From assembly GCF_030144855.1 (NCBI RefSeq), contig NC_082718.1, positions 48,484,001-48,548,000 on the forward strand: DNA of 64,000 nt. The letters run 5' to 3'. The notes below the pieces were generated by a model. It saw only the letters and a list, made by a program, of their open reading frames with translations. It was not told the DNA's origin and searched no databases. The translations under genes were made by a program, and so were the position numbers. Positions within the stretch are counted from its first letter, which is position 1. Each line of letters starts with the position of its first letter. Shown piece after piece: positions 62,283 through 64,000 of the stretch. This stretch comes from Hypanus sabinus (Eukaryota).

Positions 62283-64000
62283 AGAGTCAAAGAGTAATAG
62301 AACTCTACAGCACAGAAACAGGGCCTTCAGCCCATCTAGTCCATGCCAAAACCACTTAAACTGACTTGTCCCATAGATCTTCACTCAGATCATAGTCATC
62401 CATACTTCTCCCATCCATATACTTATTCAAACTTCTTTTAAACTTTGAAATCAAAATCACATTCACCATTTGTGCTGGCAACTTGTTCCATACTCTCAAG
62501 ACCCACTGACTGAAGACGTTTCCCCCCATGTTCCCTTTAAACTTTTCACCTCTCACCCTTAACCCATGACGTCTCGTTGAAGTTTCACTCAACCTCAGTG
62601 GAAAAGCCTGCTTGCATTTACCCTATCTATACCCCTCATAATTTCGTATACCAAATCTCCCCTCAATCTTCTATGTTCTAGGGAATAAAGTTCTAACCTG
62701 TTCAATCTTTCTATACGCCTCTGGTCCTCCAGTCCCAGCAGTATCCTTGTAAATTTTCTCTGTACTCTTTCAATCTCATGTGCATCTTTCCTCTGGATAG
62801 ATGATCAAAACTGCACACATTACTCCAAATTAGGCCCCACCAACACCTTATACAACTTCAACATAACTGCCCAACTCCTGTACTTAATACTTTGATCTAT
62901 CAAAACCAATGTGCTAAAAGCTTTCTTTATGACTCTATCTACCTGTGTTCCCAGATCCATTTGTTCTACTGCATTCCTTAGTACCCTACAGTTCAATGTG
63001 TAAAACCTACCCTGCTAGGTCCTCCTACCGAAATGCAACACCTCACACTGCTCTGCGTTAAATTCCACCTGCCATTTTTCCAGCTGGTCCAGACCTCACT
63101 GCAAGCTCTGTTAGTCTTCCTCACTGTCCACTACAGCCCCAATCTTGGTGTCGTCTGCAAATTTGGTGATCCAGTTAACCACATTATCAGCCAGATTATT
63201 GATATAGATGAGAAATAACAGTGGACCCAGCACTGAACACTGTAGCATTCCACTAGTCACAGCCCTCCAGTTCGAGAGGCAACCATCTACTACCACTCTC
63301 TGGCTTCTCCTGCAAAGCCAATGTCCAATCCAATTTACTACCTCATCTTGAATGCCAAGCAACTGGACCTTTAGATCCACCTCCCATGTGGTACCTTGTC
63401 AAATGCCTTGCTAAAATCCATGTGGAAACTGCCTTGCCTTCACCAACTTTGCTGGAAACTTTCTAAAAAAATTCTATAAGATTGGGTAGACATGACCTAC
63501 CACCCACAAAGCCATGCTGACTATCCCTAATCAGTCTCTGTCTATCAAAATACTTATATATCCATTCACTTAGAATACTTTCCAATAACTTTCCCAAAAT
63601 TGATGTCAGGCTCACTGGCCTATAATTTTCTGGTTTATTTTTAGAGCCTTTCTTAAACAGCAAAATGACATTGTCTATCCTCCAATCCTCTAACACCTCA
63701 TCTGTCACTAAGGATGATTTAAGTATTTCTGCTGGGCACCTGTAATTTCTACACTTGCCCCCCTCAGGTTCTGAGGGAACACCTTGTCAGGCCCTGGGGA
63801 TTTAACCACCCTAACCTGCCCCAAGACAGCAAACATCCCCTATTCTGTAATCCCTATGGGGTCCATGACTTTGCTGCTGCATTGCCTTAATTCTACAATA
63901 TGTGTCGTTCTCCTGAGTAAATGCAGATGCATTTAAGATCTACCCCTTCTCTTTTGCCTTCACACTTAAATTACCATCTGATCTTCCTTTTCCAAAGAAC
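62283..64000 (-). mobile_element. CR1 LINE, degenerate ORF2, continues beyond the window
   Basis: ENYRPVSLTSILGKLLE, QHGF..GRSCL.NL, VLGPLLFLIYIN, KFADDTKIG. Confidence 0.93.

Noticed and set aside
1-64000. CRISPR array or prokaryotic system
   Set aside because: No regularly spaced repeat-spacer array; intron-exon and LINE/SINE content is vertebrate

Overview
Eukaryotic (vertebrate) genomic DNA, most likely a cartilaginous fish. That assignment is inferred from the repeat mix of CR1, Rex/Babar-like LINEs, V-SINEs and Penelope-like elements. The only host gene I can support is the 3' part of anoctamin-2 (ANO2/TMEM16B, Ca2+-activated Cl- channel) on the minus strand. It has 11 coding exons between 44247 and 17659, all with GT-AG junctions and compatible phases, giving 490 aa plus stop and ending in a class I PDZ-binding motif (HTDV). 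I found no further upstream exon in 44248-64000. The rest is a dense, often nested set of mobile elements: CR1 and Rex/Babar-like LINEs, a Gypsy LTR/PBS/gag remnant, hAT MITEs, a Tc1 remnant and tRNA-derived SINEs. Most notable are more than a dozen Penelope-like fragments. Several carry the end of a GIY-YIG endonuclease, many form inverted fold-back structures, and about 13 carry a minimal hammerhead ribozyme motif (window consensus CAGTC-CTGATGA-AGGGTCTCGGCCC-GAAAC-GTC-GACTG). Every copy has at least one core or helix lesion, often at CpG. Hammerheads in Penelope-like elements are an established phenomenon, so the class itself is not new. The window-specific observations are the density inside ANO2, the CpG-driven inactivation, an A6C variant and a second structured ribozyme candidate. 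There are two N gaps. Repeat boundaries were read by eye and are approximate unless a TSD or TIR is quoted.
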